NCBI GenBank assembly: GCA_044228685.1
Contig: JBGAUL010000011.1
Span: forward strand, 13,886-77,885
DNA length: 64,000 nt
Direction: 5' to 3'
DNA from: Chlorobiota bacterium
Lineage (GTDB): Bacteria > Bacteroidota > Ignavibacteria > Kapaibacteriales > NICIL-2
Below are positions 19,205 through 30,226 of this stretch, piece by piece. The translations under genes were made by a program, and so were the position numbers. The stretch's first letter is position 1; each line of letters opens with the position of its first letter. The notes below the pieces were generated by a model. The model had not been told where the DNA came from. It saw only the letters and a program-made list of their open reading frames with translations, and searched no databases.

Positions 19205-21214
19205 TCAATACTCTTGTTGGAGGATCAGGTAGTAATTCTTGGATTGACCGCAGAAAATGACGGTGTAGGCCTTGGCTGCGATGAGTGTGACGGGATATTC
19301 CGGACGGTATATCTCAGTTTGCGAATTCGCCAATCCAATTACAAAATTGATGCGATGAGCTCGAGCTTCTGAGCGAATACCGGAAACCACACCGTAGGCT
19401 TGGTTGTCAGCGTAGATATTAGGCTTGTAAACCGTGTCGGATGGATTAAGCGAGTCAACTGCAAAGCAAACGCTTGGAACATCGAGACATGCGTTCAAGT
19501 AACGACTTTTCGAGGTGTCGGGTGTTGGACCCATACTTGGACGATTAATCTCAATCAAATCAGGCTTCGAGGCATCTCCGCTCAGCACAATCGTCAATCG
19601 CTTCTCAGCCTCAGCAGTAACATTCCTGGTCAAGCTACCGGCATTTATGGGATAGGTACCCGGCGGTACAACCGTCGCAATGGAGTTGGTAAAGCTCACA
19701 CTTGTCGATCCAACCATGCTACCCATGCTTATGTTGATTGTAGCCTTATCTGCCCGTGCGTTGACCATCTGGGTGAATACGCCGTGAGGAAGTGCTTGCA
19801 CGCTTGCATTCTCTTGCGTGGACTCAACGACGTTGAGTTGCAGACTGCCATCTGTGGCACGATCGACTATCAAAATGTAATCATGGCCGCCTTGGAAGCT
19901 GCCCGTAAACGATCCCAGCAAACTCTCCGGTTGACTTGGATTGTTACTAAGGATGGTAATCGGTGCATAGCCCGGAGTTAAGCGCTTCAATGCGGAAACC
20001 GAGCCATAGGATACGTTCTGACTGATGACTTCCCCATTACGGAAAATTCCAGCTGCATCTGAGCGTGCTCCAAAGCGCACTCGAATACTCTCACCACTCG
20101 TTAAAGCGTTGACAACTCTAAAACTTACGGAATCATTTCCTGTCGGGGTAATTGGAGGTTCAACGACGGCCATGCGAGAGGCTGGATTTGAACCGCCTAC
20201 AGTATCAAAGCTGACGATTGAATAGCGAGCTAGTACGCCAACCGATGTCTGCAGTTTCTGGTGAGCAGTACCGGCGGAATAGAGTTGAAACTCGTCTTTG
20301 AGATCGGATGCACATGCCGTAATCTGCTTGTATGAACCGATTGCACGTCCTGCAAGATTCGACTCCAAAAGCACACCGCCTGTTGCAGTAATAGAATCGA
20401 TGCTGGTATTTGAGATATTTATACTGCGCACAAAAGAAACTCGTTCAACGACTGGAACTGTTTGAGCGCCTTGTAAGGCTGAAGAAGTGGGATCGAGTTC
20501 GTCGAGAACACGAACCATGACTTTGCCTTTATACTGGGATGCGAAAAAGGAGTAATATCCGAATTCTTTGAGCGTGAGTTTATAAATTCCAACGACTTGC
20601 TGTCCGTGAAGAAGTGACACGACGAAGCTCCCGTAGGGTACGCTGATATAGGCAGATGACTGTCGAGCACTAACTGCGGTACCGAGATAACTACCATTCG
20701 GACAACCCACAGCGAGCTGGAAGGACGAAGACGAATCGTCAGCCGGCACGATGAGACGCAACGAAGCGTATCCCTTTAACGACGAAAGAAGGCGCGACGT
20801 AGAAAAATGCAGTACCGTATCCATGGAGCGTTTTACAGCTGCACTAGGAAGTGAAGGAACGGCGACGAAGAGTTCGGTTGAATTCTTGGAGAAGTGCTTA
20901 CGTCCACTGACCGAAAACACGCTCCCATCGGATGAGGTTACGTTGACATAGGAAGAATCCGATGGCGCGGTAACCAGTGGAGCGGCAGTTGAATCTGCGG
21001 TGGAAGCGGTCGTTACTTTGCCATCCAAGCTCATGCTTCGAGCTTGACCGTCACCACAAAAATTGACAAAGCGCACGAGGATACTGTCTCCGCCTTGAGG
21101 AGGATCAACCAATCCCCAATTCTCTTGTTCGCAGCCATTGGACGCTAAAACGACCAGACCAAGCACGAAGCACAGCGCAAAAAATCTCATATCCTTCATG
21201 GAGTGTACACTCAT
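19205..21214 (-). CDS. Large secreted lipoprotein with internal repeats (DUF4397-like)
   Basis: Lipobox ...VLASNGC. Repeated modules of the type (I/F/V)RVVN...d..v.v (ILVRFVNFCGDG..., VMVRVLDELDP..., FRVVNALTSGESIRVRF...). Confidence 0.45.
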   Translation of the reverse strand: MSVHSMKDMRFFALCFVLGLVVLASNGCEQENWGLVDPPQGGDSILVRFVNFCGDGQARSMSLDGKVTTASTADSTAAPLVTAPSDSSYVNVTSSDGSVFSVSGRKHFSKNSTELFVAVPSLPSAAVKRSMDTVLHFSTSRLLSSLKGYASLRLIVPADDSSSSFQLAVGCPNGSYLGTAVSARQSSAYISVPYGSFVVSLLHGQQVVGIYKLTLKEFGYYSFFASQYKGKVMVRVLDELDPTSSALQGAQTVPVVERVSFVRSINISNTSIDSITATGGVLLESNLAGRAIGSYKQITACASDLKDEFQLYSAGTAHQKLQTSVGVLARYSIVSFDTVGGSNPASRMAVVEPPITPTGNDSVSFRVVNALTSGESIRVRFGARSDAAGIFRNGEVISQNVSYGSVSALKRLTPGYAPITILSNNPSQPESLLGSFTGSFQGGHDYILIVDRATDGSLQLNVVESTQENASVQALPHGVFTQMVNARADKATINISMGSMVGSTSVSFTNSIATVVPPGTYPINAGSLTRNVTAEAEKRLTIVLSGDASKPDLIEINRPSMGPTPDTSKSRYLNACLDVPSVCFAVDSLNPSDTVYKPNIYADNQAYGVVSGIRSEARAHRINFVIGLANSQTEIYRPEYPVTLIAAKAYTVIFCGQSKNYYLILQQEY

Positions 21215-21308
21215 TCAACGTAAACAACTTCCTGTTATTTCAAATTACGGGTTGAGCAACAGACAGCCAGTACAATTATCTTTGTGATTCCACAAACGCA
21301 AAGCTTTT

Positions 21309-22394
21309 ATGCAGGACAAAGTTTCGTCCATTCTCGAACGATTTCGATTAGTTGAAAATCAGCTGAACGATCCCACTGTGACCAACGACGCCGCACAGTT
21401 TCGTTCTTTGTCAAAAGAATACAAGAATCTTCAGCCGATTGCCAACGCAGCCGAACGCTATTTGCGTTTGATGCGGGATATGCAGTCTACCCGTGAAATC
21501 ATCGATGATCCCGCTACCGACTCCGAATTGCGCTCCATGGCCTATGACGACCTCAAGTCGCTGCAGGCTCAGGTAGAGCAAAGTGATGAAGAGCTCAAGA
21601 TTCTCCTTCTCCCCAAAGACCCGAACGATACCAAGAACTGCACGGTCGAAGTTCGAGCCGGTACCGGTGGTGACGAAGCCGCAATTTTCGCAGGCGACTT
21701 GTACCGCATGTATATGCGCTATTGTGAGCGCAAAGGCTGGCGTCTGCTGCTGCTCGATGAAAACGAAAGCGAGCGCGGAGGCTACAAGGAAATCTCTTTT
21801 GAAGTTCAAGGCGACGGAGCCTACGGTTTCTTGAAGTTTGAAAGTGGCGTGCACCGCGTCCAGCGAGTTCCGGAAACAGAAGCGAACGGTCGTATCCACA
21901 CTTCAGCGGCAACCGTTGCCGTATTGCCGGAAGTTGACGATGACATCGTGATTGAAATCAATCCAGCCGACCTGCAAATCGACACTTTCCGCTCAGGCGG
22001 TAAGGGAGGTCAGAACGTAAACAAGGTGGAAACCGCTGTGCGTATCACCCACAAACCTTCCGGATTCGTGGTTGGTTGTCAGCAGGAACGCTCCCAGCTC
22101 CAGAACCGCGAACGCGCCATGAAAATGCTTCGCGCAAAACTCTACGAGCAAGAACTGGAAAAGCGGAGTTCAGCGCTTGCCAGCACGCGAAAGAGTTTGG
22201 TGAAGAGTGGTGACCGCTCGGATAAAATCCGTACCTATAATTATCCTCAAAATCGAGTGACAGATCACCGCATCGATGGCGATGGAAAGAACACAGCTTT
22301 GCAGCAAGTGATCGACGGAGGCTTGGATGGAATTATCGAACAACTTCGTCTGCAAGAGCAGACAGAATTGCTACAAAACAGTGCAGCCGGTTGA
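21309..22394 (+). CDS. prfA: Peptide chain release factor 1
   Basis: GGQ motif in [28 protein letters not shown], an RF1-type tripeptide region [17 protein letters not shown], 361 aa, no frameshift. Confidence 0.88.
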   Translation: MQDKVSSILERFRLVENQLNDPTVTNDAAQFRSLSKEYKNLQPIANAAERYLRLMRDMQSTREIIDDPATDSELRSMAYDDLKSLQAQVEQSDEELKILLLPKDPNDTKNCTVEVRAGTGGDEAAIFAGDLYRMYMRYCERKGWRLLLLDENESERGGYKEISFEVQGDGAYGFLKFESGVHRVQRVPETEANGRIHTSAATVAVLPEVDDDIVIEINPADLQIDTFRSGGKGGQNVNKVETAVRITHKPSGFVVGCQQERSQLQNRERAMKMLRAKLYEQELEKRSSALASTRKSLVKSGDRSDKIRTYNYPQNRVTDHRIDGDGKNTALQQVIDGGLDGIIEQLRLQEQTELLQNSAAG

Positions 22395-23564
22395 TTGGAT
22401 TGATCGGCGATCTGTTGTTTGAGGCGTTTGCGAACAACTCTGAATAACAGCCTCAATTCCTCTGCACTGTTGTTCGTATGAATACTGCTCTCGAATACCC
22501 TGCTGCTGAACCAGTGCACGGGCTTTGCACTCGGCATAGTGAGATCGCAGGTAGTTCAATGCTCGAAGGAAATCCTCGGTGTCCATGGGTTTAAACAACA
22601 GTCCGCGCTGACCCTCAGCTAACAGCTCAACGCTGCCACCCGAGCGCGTTGCGAGCACCGGACAAGCACTCATGAGTGCTTCAAGAGTCACCATACCATA
22701 AGTCTCACTACGCGTCGCCATAACCAGTGCGTCGATAGCGTGATAGCAGACTGCCGGATCGTCCATGAAGGGTCGAAAATGTACCCTATCGCTCATTCCT
22801 AAGTCGCGAACTCGTTCTTGAAGCAGCACTTCGTAATCGTGCGACATACCACGCGTTGCTTCCCCTATCAACACCACATGCGGCGCGTTCTCTTGACCGT
22901 TGAAACGTTCCAACGATTCTATGACAAATCGCTGTCCTTTGGCTTCGTCAAAACGACCCACGATTCCAAGCACGAAGGTCTTTGGATCCAGTCCGAGCAA
23001 TTCGCGAGCCTGCTGACGATCCATGTGCAGCGGAAAAGCACGGGTATCTACCCCAAGCGGAACTACGTGTATGCGTCCAGCATCATAGTTGGTTCGCTGA
23101 CGAACCTCTGCAGCCAATGACTCTAGAGGAGCAATCCACGAATCCAGTGCGGCGTAGCGTCGGGTGTGAAGGATATCGCGCTTATCTACCCCAATGCCCA
23201 TCTGCTGAACGAAGTGAAAGCTCAGTCGGGCAGCACAGAATTTTCGCAGCCATGCGGCAAGACTCAGATCATGATTTTGGAAGAACAGCAGCGCTGTTAA
23301 TGAGGGAGATTTTAGTAAGCGCGAAATCTTCCATGCGCAAGCCACATCGCCATACTTCCATGGCTTTTCGATGGGTACCCAGGGAATGTCGTGACGGGTT
23401 GCTTCGAGACTGATGCGAGAATCCGCAACGCAATAAATGCAAACACTTGTCCCGCGTTCGATGAACCAGCGAGCAAGTTTGACCATATTCATCTCTAATC
23501 CACCCCAGGCGACGGAACTGTTGATAAATGCGAGAGAATGCATGGATTGAGATTCGAATTTCAT
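22371..23564 (-). CDS. Glycosyltransferase family 4
   Basis: [24 protein letters not shown] (GT4 E-X7-E). The likely true start is the internal [17 protein letters not shown] (about 23543). The 3' end overlaps the prfA 3' end by 24 nt. Confidence 0.7.
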   Translation of the reverse strand: MKFESQSMHSLAFINSSVAWGGLEMNMVKLARWFIERGTSVCIYCVADSRISLEATRHDIPWVPIEKPWKYGDVACAWKISRLLKSPSLTALLFFQNHDLSLAAWLRKFCAARLSFHFVQQMGIGVDKRDILHTRRYAALDSWIAPLESLAAEVRQRTNYDAGRIHVVPLGVDTRAFPLHMDRQQARELLGLDPKTFVLGIVGRFDEAKGQRFVIESLERFNGQENAPHVVLIGEATRGMSHDYEVLLQERVRDLGMSDRVHFRPFMDDPAVCYHAIDALVMATRSETYGMVTLEALMSACPVLATRSGGSVELLAEGQRGLLFKPMDTEDFLRALNYLRSHYAECKARALVQQQGIREQYSYEQQCRGIEAVIQSCSQTPQTTDRRSIQSTGCTVL

Positions 23565-23669
23565 TCGACTATTGAATGACGGTACTTTACAGCGTATTTG
23601 TACGACGCTTTGATCCCTTTAATATTTCGTGCTGGCGTAGATTTGTAATCACATCAATACCTGACTATC

Positions 23670-24962
23670 ATGATCGAACGCTATACACGTCCTGAAATGG
23701 GCGCCATCTGGAACGACGAAAACCGCTTTAAAATTTGGCTGCAGATTGAAATCCTCGCTTGCGAAGCTCAATGCGAATTGGGCATCGTGCCTCGCGAAGC
23801 TCTAGAAGAAATCAAAAGCAAAGCTGCCTTTGAAACAGCACGCGTGCTTGAGATCGAGGAAACGACGAAGCATGATGTGATTGCGTTTTTGACGAATGTG
23901 GCTGAGCACGTCGGACCCTCTTCGCGCTTCATCCATATGGGCATGACGTCAAGTGACGTTCTTGATACGTGTCTATCAGTTCAACTTCGTCAAGCCGGCG
24001 AACATTTGCTGGCACAACTTAACCAACTCAAAGAAGTTCTTGGACGTCGTGCAGTTGAGTTCAAGAATACTATCTGTGTTGGTCGTTCCCACGGCATTCA
24101 CGCTGAACCAACAACCTTTGGCTTAAAGCTCCTGCTTTTCTACGAAGAATCTAAGCGTAACATCGAACGTCTCGAGCGCGCTATCGAAGTCATTTCTTTT
24201 GGTAAGATCAGCGGCGCCGTCGGCACTTTTGAACACATTTCGCCCAGCGTTGAGACCTATGTCTGCACACGATTGAATCTCAAACCTGCACCGGTTTCAA
24301 CTCAAGTCATCCAACGTGATCGTCACGCTGAATACCTCAGCACATTGGCAATCATCGGTTCCTCGTTGGAGAAGATTGCACTTGAGATTCGTCACTTGCA
24401 GCGCACAGAAGTTCGCGAGGCTGAAGAGTTCTTCTCAAAAGGACAAAAAGGATCCTCCGCAATGCCGCACAAACGCAATCCCATTGTATCAGAGCGCATC
24501 TGTGGTCTGGCTCGTCTTCTTCGCGCCAATGCTCATGCAGCAATGGAAAACAACGCTTTGTGGCATGAGAGAGATATATCTCACAGCAGTGTTGAGCGCG
24601 TGATTTGTCCGGACTCGACCATTACTCTCGACTACATGCTAAGCCTTTCCATTCGCTTGATTGACACACTGCTCGTCTATCCGGAAAACATGGCTGCCAC
24701 TATCAGCCGTTCACACGGTCTGGTCTTTTCACAAACTGTCTTGCTTGAATTAGTTCGTAAAGGATTGACGCGCGAAGATTCCTATGCCATCGTGCAATCA
24801 GCAGCAATGCGTACCTGGAACGAACAGCGTTCGTTGATGGATACTTTGTGGGAAAGCGACGATCTACGCAAGCACATTAGTCAAGATGAGCTTCGTGAAT
24901 TGTTCAGCGGCAAGAAGTCTCTACCGCATGTGGACGAAGTGTTCAGTCGCTGCGGATTGTAA
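23670..24962 (+). CDS. purB: Adenylosuccinate lyase
   Basis: [14 protein letters not shown]... N-terminus and fumarate-lyase family signature [11 protein letters not shown], 430 aa. Confidence 0.9.
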   Translation: MIERYTRPEMGAIWNDENRFKIWLQIEILACEAQCELGIVPREALEEIKSKAAFETARVLEIEETTKHDVIAFLTNVAEHVGPSSRFIHMGMTSSDVLDTCLSVQLRQAGEHLLAQLNQLKEVLGRRAVEFKNTICVGRSHGIHAEPTTFGLKLLLFYEESKRNIERLERAIEVISFGKISGAVGTFEHISPSVETYVCTRLNLKPAPVSTQVIQRDRHAEYLSTLAIIGSSLEKIALEIRHLQRTEVREAEEFFSKGQKGSSAMPHKRNPIVSERICGLARLLRANAHAAMENNALWHERDISHSSVERVICPDSTITLDYMLSLSIRLIDTLLVYPENMAATISRSHGLVFSQTVLLELVRKGLTREDSYAIVQSAAMRTWNEQRSLMDTLWESDDLRKHISQDELRELFSGKKSLPHVDEVFSRCGL

Positions 24963-25036
24963 GGAAGCGTTTGTTAGACTAAGGACAGAGCTGAAGCGAA
25001 TCTGAGGTCAAGATCGGTAAACGGATCGGCTCTCTA

Positions 25037-27700
25037 TCACGCGTCTTTGTTCTGAATCTCCCGTCGAGCCAAGGCAGCTGCTACGCGCAGCTCGGCAAAA
25101 TCAATACGTGAACCTATTTCCGCTCGCAAGTCTTTTAGCAAAGCTCTGGGATTCTTTCTCAGGGCTTTTTTTACATCGAAAAATACATCGCTGCTAATCA
25201 GCGAAGCAACATTGAGTTCTATTCCAAGTTCAATTGCTTCTTGAAGATGAGCTGCAACCGTACCGGCGCTGAGACCACGGAGCTCAGCGGTTGTTTGCAA
25301 ACTGTTACCGCTTTGAATACTTTCTACGCTAGCTCTCGCACTACCGGACAAAGTCTTTTCCGGTGCTTTCGTCATGCTTGGATCTTTAGCCTGCGCACGA
25401 CGAATTGCTCGTAGAAAATCTTGAGCATAGCGGCGGATAAAGAAATCGCTTACGCCTGGCATGCGCTGCAATGCACTGAGTGAATCAGGCAGCTCGCGCG
25501 CAAGCCAATGCATTTGCTCGTCGGTGCAGATGAGATGAGCGGACACGGAATTTCTCGACGACAATTCCGAGCGCAGAAGACTAAGTGCTTGAAGTACTTC
25601 CTGCGGCTCATCGCTTTGCGGACGTGGCGCTGAGGCAGCTCGAAGACGCAATGGTTTTGTTGGCGAATCACCAAGCAGCAAACGTCCCTTCTCTCTCAAC
25701 TTCAAAATGGGATACACATCCGCAGACAGTTGCAAGTAATGTTGAAACACAGCTCTATCAACCCGCTCTAGTACATCGCGCAAAGCAACGTGCTTAAGTG
25801 ATGCGTAAGTGCTCACACGGTGAAGGCCATACGAAACAATTTTCGGCGATGATTGAGCACACAGAATTTGGGCAATGAGCACACGTCCAAAACGCTCTGA
25901 ACATTCATGAACAGTTTTGACGATCTGGGTTGTGATGTAGAGCTCTTGTTCGCTTTGCTTTGGTTCATCGACTACCGGTGCGACGCAGGAGCTACAGCGA
26001 CCGCACACTTCCTTTTGCTCTGCAGCTTCAAAGTACTCGAGTATGAAATTGCGTTTGCAGGAATTTGTTCGCGCATAGCGTTCAACTACATCCAGTTTTG
26101 CAACTGCTCTCTCACGGCGTTTTACCACATCATCGTAGTTGATCGGCAACGCATCCACACTCAACCGTTCCATGAGCAACACAATTCCGCCCTGCGCCGT
26201 TGCCGGTGTGTAGCGCATCAGACGAGAGTATTCAAAGGCGCGGATAGCTTTGTGAAATTGCTCGAAGGGGATGTCGTACTTGCGGACGAGTTGTGCTAGA
26301 TCCAAACTCACCGCGTTACGCAATGCCTCGGGTCCAACGCCTCGCAACAACGCTTCCAACACTTCCCTTCTCTCCGGCGTGGTCTGATGGAAATATTCTC
26401 TCAATCGCTCCGGCGGTGCAAGCAGATGCAGGGTTGATTGATTGTTTGCATTTCCGCGACGAATGATATCACATCGCTCTAGCAGATTCAAAACCCCATT
26501 CACACTAGCCGATGGAAGATTGAGGCGATGAGCTATGCCGACGTTGTCCATGAACAAGGGCAACTGACTACGCTGTCCTTTCGCCACACCCATGGTGTCA
26601 TAGAGAAAAGTATAGACACTTCGAATGGTGTTGAGTTCAGGATATGTTGAATGAATAAAGAACTCTTGCAGACTGCGATCCTGAGAGTTGTACAACAAGA
26701 TGCAATCAGAATCCAAGCCATCACGTCCTGCCCGACCGGCTTCTTGGTAATAGGCTTCAAGAGTGAGCGTAAAATCAGTGTGAATCACCCGTCGAACATC
26801 AGCTTTATCAACGCCCATGCCGAATGCCGAGGTGGCACACAGCACCGGCACTTGTCCGCTGATAAACTTCTCTTGAATATCCGTTCGCAGCACTTCATGC
26901 ATTCCGGCATGGTAGGCTTCGGCGTTGATGCCACTGCGTTTTAGTGCTTGGGTTGTTTCTTCGACGCGACGACGAGATCCGCAATACACGATCGAGGTTC
27001 CGTCAATCTTCTGTTTGAGTAACTCGAGTACGCGGGTCATTTTCATATCACTGGCTTCGGTGATATAGCGCAGATTGGGTCGATCAAAACCGCGGACGAT
27101 AGTTCTCGGTGCGTGTAAATTCAATGCGCGTGTGATGTCATCGCGCACTTCGGGAGTTGCTGTTGCGGTAAGTGCAATAACCGGGACGCGCTTTGTGTGC
27201 TCAAAGAGCTTTGGAATGTTCGTGTAGGATGGACGAAAGTCATGTCCCCACTCACTAATGCAATGCGCTTCATCGACAGCAAGAATGGACAGCGGTATGT
27301 GCGCAATGTCTTCTAGAAACTGCGCGCTCTCTAAACGTTCCGGAGCAACGTAGATCAGTTTGTACTGTCCACTTCGAGCAGCTTGCATGCGCTGCTGAAT
27401 ATCTTTAAACGAAACAGCAGAGTTGATGAAGGTGGCAGTGACGCCCGCGCGATGCAGCGCATCCACTTGATCCTTCATGAGTGCAATCAATGGAGAAATA
27501 ACAAGTACTGTTCCCTCTCGAAGCAGGGCGGGTATTTGATAGCAAAGAGATTTACCACCACCGGTTGGCATGACCACGAGAGTATCGTGGGCATGGAGAA
27601 TTGATTCGATGATTTCCCATTGTCCCGGACGGAAATCATCGTAGCCAAAGTATTGCCGCAGAAGATCCTGAGCACGTGCACGTTCGTTTGGGTGACTCAT
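25037..27700 (-). CDS. recQ: ATP-dependent DNA helicase RecQ (with RQC, HRDC and C-terminal HTH extension)
   Basis: FGYDDFRPGQWEIIESIL...VVMPTGGGKSLCYQIPAL, DEAH box LAVDEAHCISEWGHDFRP, a zinc-binding Cys cluster, and an HRDC-like segment. 887 aa. Confidence 0.9.
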   Translation of the reverse strand: MSHPNERARAQDLLRQYFGYDDFRPGQWEIIESILHAHDTLVVMPTGGGKSLCYQIPALLREGTVLVISPLIALMKDQVDALHRAGVTATFINSAVSFKDIQQRMQAARSGQYKLIYVAPERLESAQFLEDIAHIPLSILAVDEAHCISEWGHDFRPSYTNIPKLFEHTKRVPVIALTATATPEVRDDITRALNLHAPRTIVRGFDRPNLRYITEASDMKMTRVLELLKQKIDGTSIVYCGSRRRVEETTQALKRSGINAEAYHAGMHEVLRTDIQEKFISGQVPVLCATSAFGMGVDKADVRRVIHTDFTLTLEAYYQEAGRAGRDGLDSDCILLYNSQDRSLQEFFIHSTYPELNTIRSVYTFLYDTMGVAKGQRSQLPLFMDNVGIAHRLNLPSASVNGVLNLLERCDIIRRGNANNQSTLHLLAPPERLREYFHQTTPERREVLEALLRGVGPEALRNAVSLDLAQLVRKYDIPFEQFHKAIRAFEYSRLMRYTPATAQGGIVLLMERLSVDALPINYDDVVKRRERAVAKLDVVERYARTNSCKRNFILEYFEAAEQKEVCGRCSSCVAPVVDEPKQSEQELYITTQIVKTVHECSERFGRVLIAQILCAQSSPKIVSYGLHRVSTYASLKHVALRDVLERVDRAVFQHYLQLSADVYPILKLREKGRLLLGDSPTKPLRLRAASAPRPQSDEPQEVLQALSLLRSELSSRNSVSAHLICTDEQMHWLARELPDSLSALQRMPGVSDFFIRRYAQDFLRAIRRAQAKDPSMTKAPEKTLSGSARASVESIQSGNSLQTTAELRGLSAGTVAAHLQEAIELGIELNVASLISSDVFFDVKKALRKNPRALLKDLRAEIGSRIDFAELRVAAALARREIQNKDA

Positions 27701-27701
27701 G

Positions 27702-28355
27702 TTATCCTGCTAAGGTAAAATACTCGAGCTGCTTGTCGGTGTAGATGTTCAACACGTCTGCCCGCACAAGTCGCACCAGTATCTGAGAGGAGCGTCGCAA
27801 GGAAATATTCACTAGGTCGGCAAACTCACTGACGGTAATACGCTGATGCTCTTCCAAATACTGAAACAAGCGCTTTTCTCTATCGCCAATGTGTAGAGTC
27901 ATTGGTCTTGTGTGCACATTTCGTCCGGACATCAGCCGCATCATTTCCTTCGACGCCAACACTGACTGATCTGCGCTACGTATATAAGCTCTGCGCTCGG
28001 TTTGTTGATTTTGATCGGGATCGTTTTTTAGCATGTGTGGTTTGTTGTCGCTCTCAGGTACGTGTACGACAACAATTTCCTTCCAATCGCACTCAATACA
28101 CTCAATCAAGCAGTGTACCGGTGGATCGAGATAGAACTCGGCGGCGCTTAATACTAATTCAATTTGTTCTTTTTCACTATCTACACCGACGATGCTTCCG
28201 TCATCGTCAATTCCAACGAGCAAGGTGCCTCCGCGCGTGTTGGCAAATGCAGAGATCTCCTTTGCGAAGCGCTCGAAGGACGAGAATTTTCGTTTGAATT
28301 CAACAGTAGCGCCTTCGCCCTGTCGAATCATTTCACGGAGTTCACGACGATGCAT
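27702..28355 (-). CDS. AlbA_2 (Schlafen-like putative DNA-binding) domain protein with C-terminal winged HTH
   Basis: ATVEFKRKFS...ISAFANTRGGTLLVGIDDDGSIVGV is typical of PF04326-type domains, with a C-terminal HTH-like segment. Its stop codon is 1 nt from the recQ start codon. Confidence 0.55.
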   Translation of the reverse strand: MHRRELREMIRQGEGATVEFKRKFSSFERFAKEISAFANTRGGTLLVGIDDDGSIVGVDSEKEQIELVLSAAEFYLDPPVHCLIECIECDWKEIVVVHVPESDNKPHMLKNDPDQNQQTERRAYIRSADQSVLASKEMMRLMSGRNVHTRPMTLHIGDREKRLFQYLEEHQRITVSEFADLVNISLRRSSQILVRLVRADVLNIYTDKQLEYFTLAG

Positions 28356-28390
28356 GGTGATTCAGAAGTGTGGTGCAGAAGCAGAAAAGA

Positions 28391-30151
28391 TCACTGCATC
28401 ATCGATGACTGCAAATGCTTGGGGATGAACCACTCGGTGATTTCGTATCCAGGACGTACCGGATAGGTGTTCGCGCGAGCAACTCTTTTGTTTGCCAAAT
28501 TGAGCACGCCTGGCGTCCATAAGAATGTGTAAGGCGCTTCTTCGTGCACAATTCGTTGAAACTCACGCATGAGCTTCGTTCTCTCGTGAGGATCAAACTC
28601 AACGCGGTTTCGTTCCATCAACTCATCTGCCCGCTTGTTCTTGAAGCCCACATAATTGGATCCTTCGTTATCAGCTTGTGATGAATGCCAGAGCTGATAG
28701 GGATCTGACGGGATGTTGTCATTGATCCAGGAGCCTATGTAGGAATCAAAAGCATGGGTTGAATTTTGCTTGAGAAAGACTGACCATTCAACCCGCGAAA
28801 CGTTGCACTTTATTCCCAAGTTCTTTACTTCGTTGCTAAATAAAATGGCAATGTTCTCTCGTGCTTCATTACCGGCATTGACGTTCATGTTGAATTCGAA
28901 TTTGACCAGCTGACCATTAACCATCTTGTCGAGAATTCCGTCACCGTCGCTATCCTTCCATCCAGCCTCAGCCAACAACTCTCTGGCTTTTTGAGGATTG
29001 TAGTCGTAGCCGGTGATGGCTGAATCGTATTCGGGACGATTCTTGTACACCGGACCTTCAATCGTCGAAGCATAGCCTCGCAGAATTGCTTTCATGAGGT
29101 AATCGCGATTGAACAAATGACACAGGGCTTGTCGAACTCGTTTGTCGTTGAACAAAACCTTCCGCGTATTCCATCCCACATAGGAATAGATGCTTTGATC
29201 ACTTGAAATCTTGCGCACATAGGATATGCGGCTCGTGTCGATCTGCTCGTCGAACAATGGCGGAGGAACATTTTCAAAGAAATCAATATCCTCTGTTTTC
29301 ATCGCGCTCAATGCCGCATTGCGGTCATTGATGATGACGCCAACAACCACATCCACGTGTGCTTGACGCCACGCACAGGGTGTTGCCCATGCTTTCTTGT
29401 TTCGGTGCAGAACAATCTTCTCACCGGTTTTCCATTGTTGGTAGACATAAGGTCCGCTGCCAATCAACAACTTCGGATCCCGCTTCATTTCCGCACTTCC
29501 AAACCAATCTGCGAACTGCTGAATAGCAGGATTCTTCTGAATAGCATTGGTGTCGTTTGTTTCGGCGAAGGTGTATTGATCCGTGAGATTCTTTGGATCC
29601 AACACATGCTTTGGAACGATGCGCAAATCACCGAGCTGAATTTCAGCCATGAAGTATGGTTTCTTCATGTGGACGACGATGGTGTAATCGTCGGGTGCTT
29701 GCACATCTGTCACATCATCGAAATAATTTCGCAGTGCTGACGCATCTAGAATGAGCGGATTCTTGATGGTTTTGAAGCTAAAGAGTACGTCTGCGGCAGT
29801 GAGAGGATGTCCGTCAGAAAAGACCACATTCTTACGCAGATGAAATGTGTACTGCAAGTGATCCGCACTCAGCTCAGGCATTGACTCAGCGAGACTCGGA
29901 ACAAACTCTGTGGTTTTCGGATCCTGCTCCAGCATGCTGTCGAAAATGAGCGTAAACAGCGTCTTGGCTGAATTGTCATTTGTCGTGTAGGGATTCAATC
30001 CCTGCGGATCAGACAGTTCGTGATGAAAGACCATGTCGCCCGTCACCGGATCGCCCGGATTATCAAAATCATGAGCGTTGTGTCGATTGACGTTGCAAGA
30101 CATACATAGCAGCAAACTGCTAAGTACTATTTTTACTGCTAGAGATTTCAT
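28391..30151 (-). CDS. ABC-type peptide/nickel solute-binding protein (family 5), lipoprotein
   Basis: Lipobox LLLCMSC. SBP_bac_5-like motifs ...YTFHLRKNVVFSDGHPLTAADVLFSF.... 586 aa. No permease or ATPase genes adjacent. Confidence 0.75.
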   Translation of the reverse strand: MKSLAVKIVLSSLLLCMSCNVNRHNAHDFDNPGDPVTGDMVFHHELSDPQGLNPYTTNDNSAKTLFTLIFDSMLEQDPKTTEFVPSLAESMPELSADHLQYTFHLRKNVVFSDGHPLTAADVLFSFKTIKNPLILDASALRNYFDDVTDVQAPDDYTIVVHMKKPYFMAEIQLGDLRIVPKHVLDPKNLTDQYTFAETNDTNAIQKNPAIQQFADWFGSAEMKRDPKLLIGSGPYVYQQWKTGEKIVLHRNKKAWATPCAWRQAHVDVVVGVIINDRNAALSAMKTEDIDFFENVPPPLFDEQIDTSRISYVRKISSDQSIYSYVGWNTRKVLFNDKRVRQALCHLFNRDYLMKAILRGYASTIEGPVYKNRPEYDSAITGYDYNPQKARELLAEAGWKDSDGDGILDKMVNGQLVKFEFNMNVNAGNEARENIAILFSNEVKNLGIKCNVSRVEWSVFLKQNSTHAFDSYIGSWINDNIPSDPYQLWHSSQADNEGSNYVGFKNKRADELMERNRVEFDPHERTKLMREFQRIVHEEAPYTFLWTPGVLNLANKRVARANTYPVRPGYEITEWFIPKHLQSSMMQ

Positions 30152-30226
30152 TGCTGCCGTAGCGAAAGGAACGGAATTCCGACGAGCGGAAGGATTAGAG
30201 CTTTATCGCAAAATACACTTTGACTT

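Noticed and set aside
20165-20185. tRNA T-arm-like motif GGATTTGAACC
   Set aside because: It is embedded in the middle of the DUF4397-like lipoprotein CDS with no acceptor or anticodon arm context. A scan of intergenic regions found no GTTCGAATCC-type T-loops.
21309-22394. Programmed +1 frameshift (as in prfB)
   Set aside because: The release factor reads as a single 361-aa ORF with RF1-type features. No frameshift site is needed.
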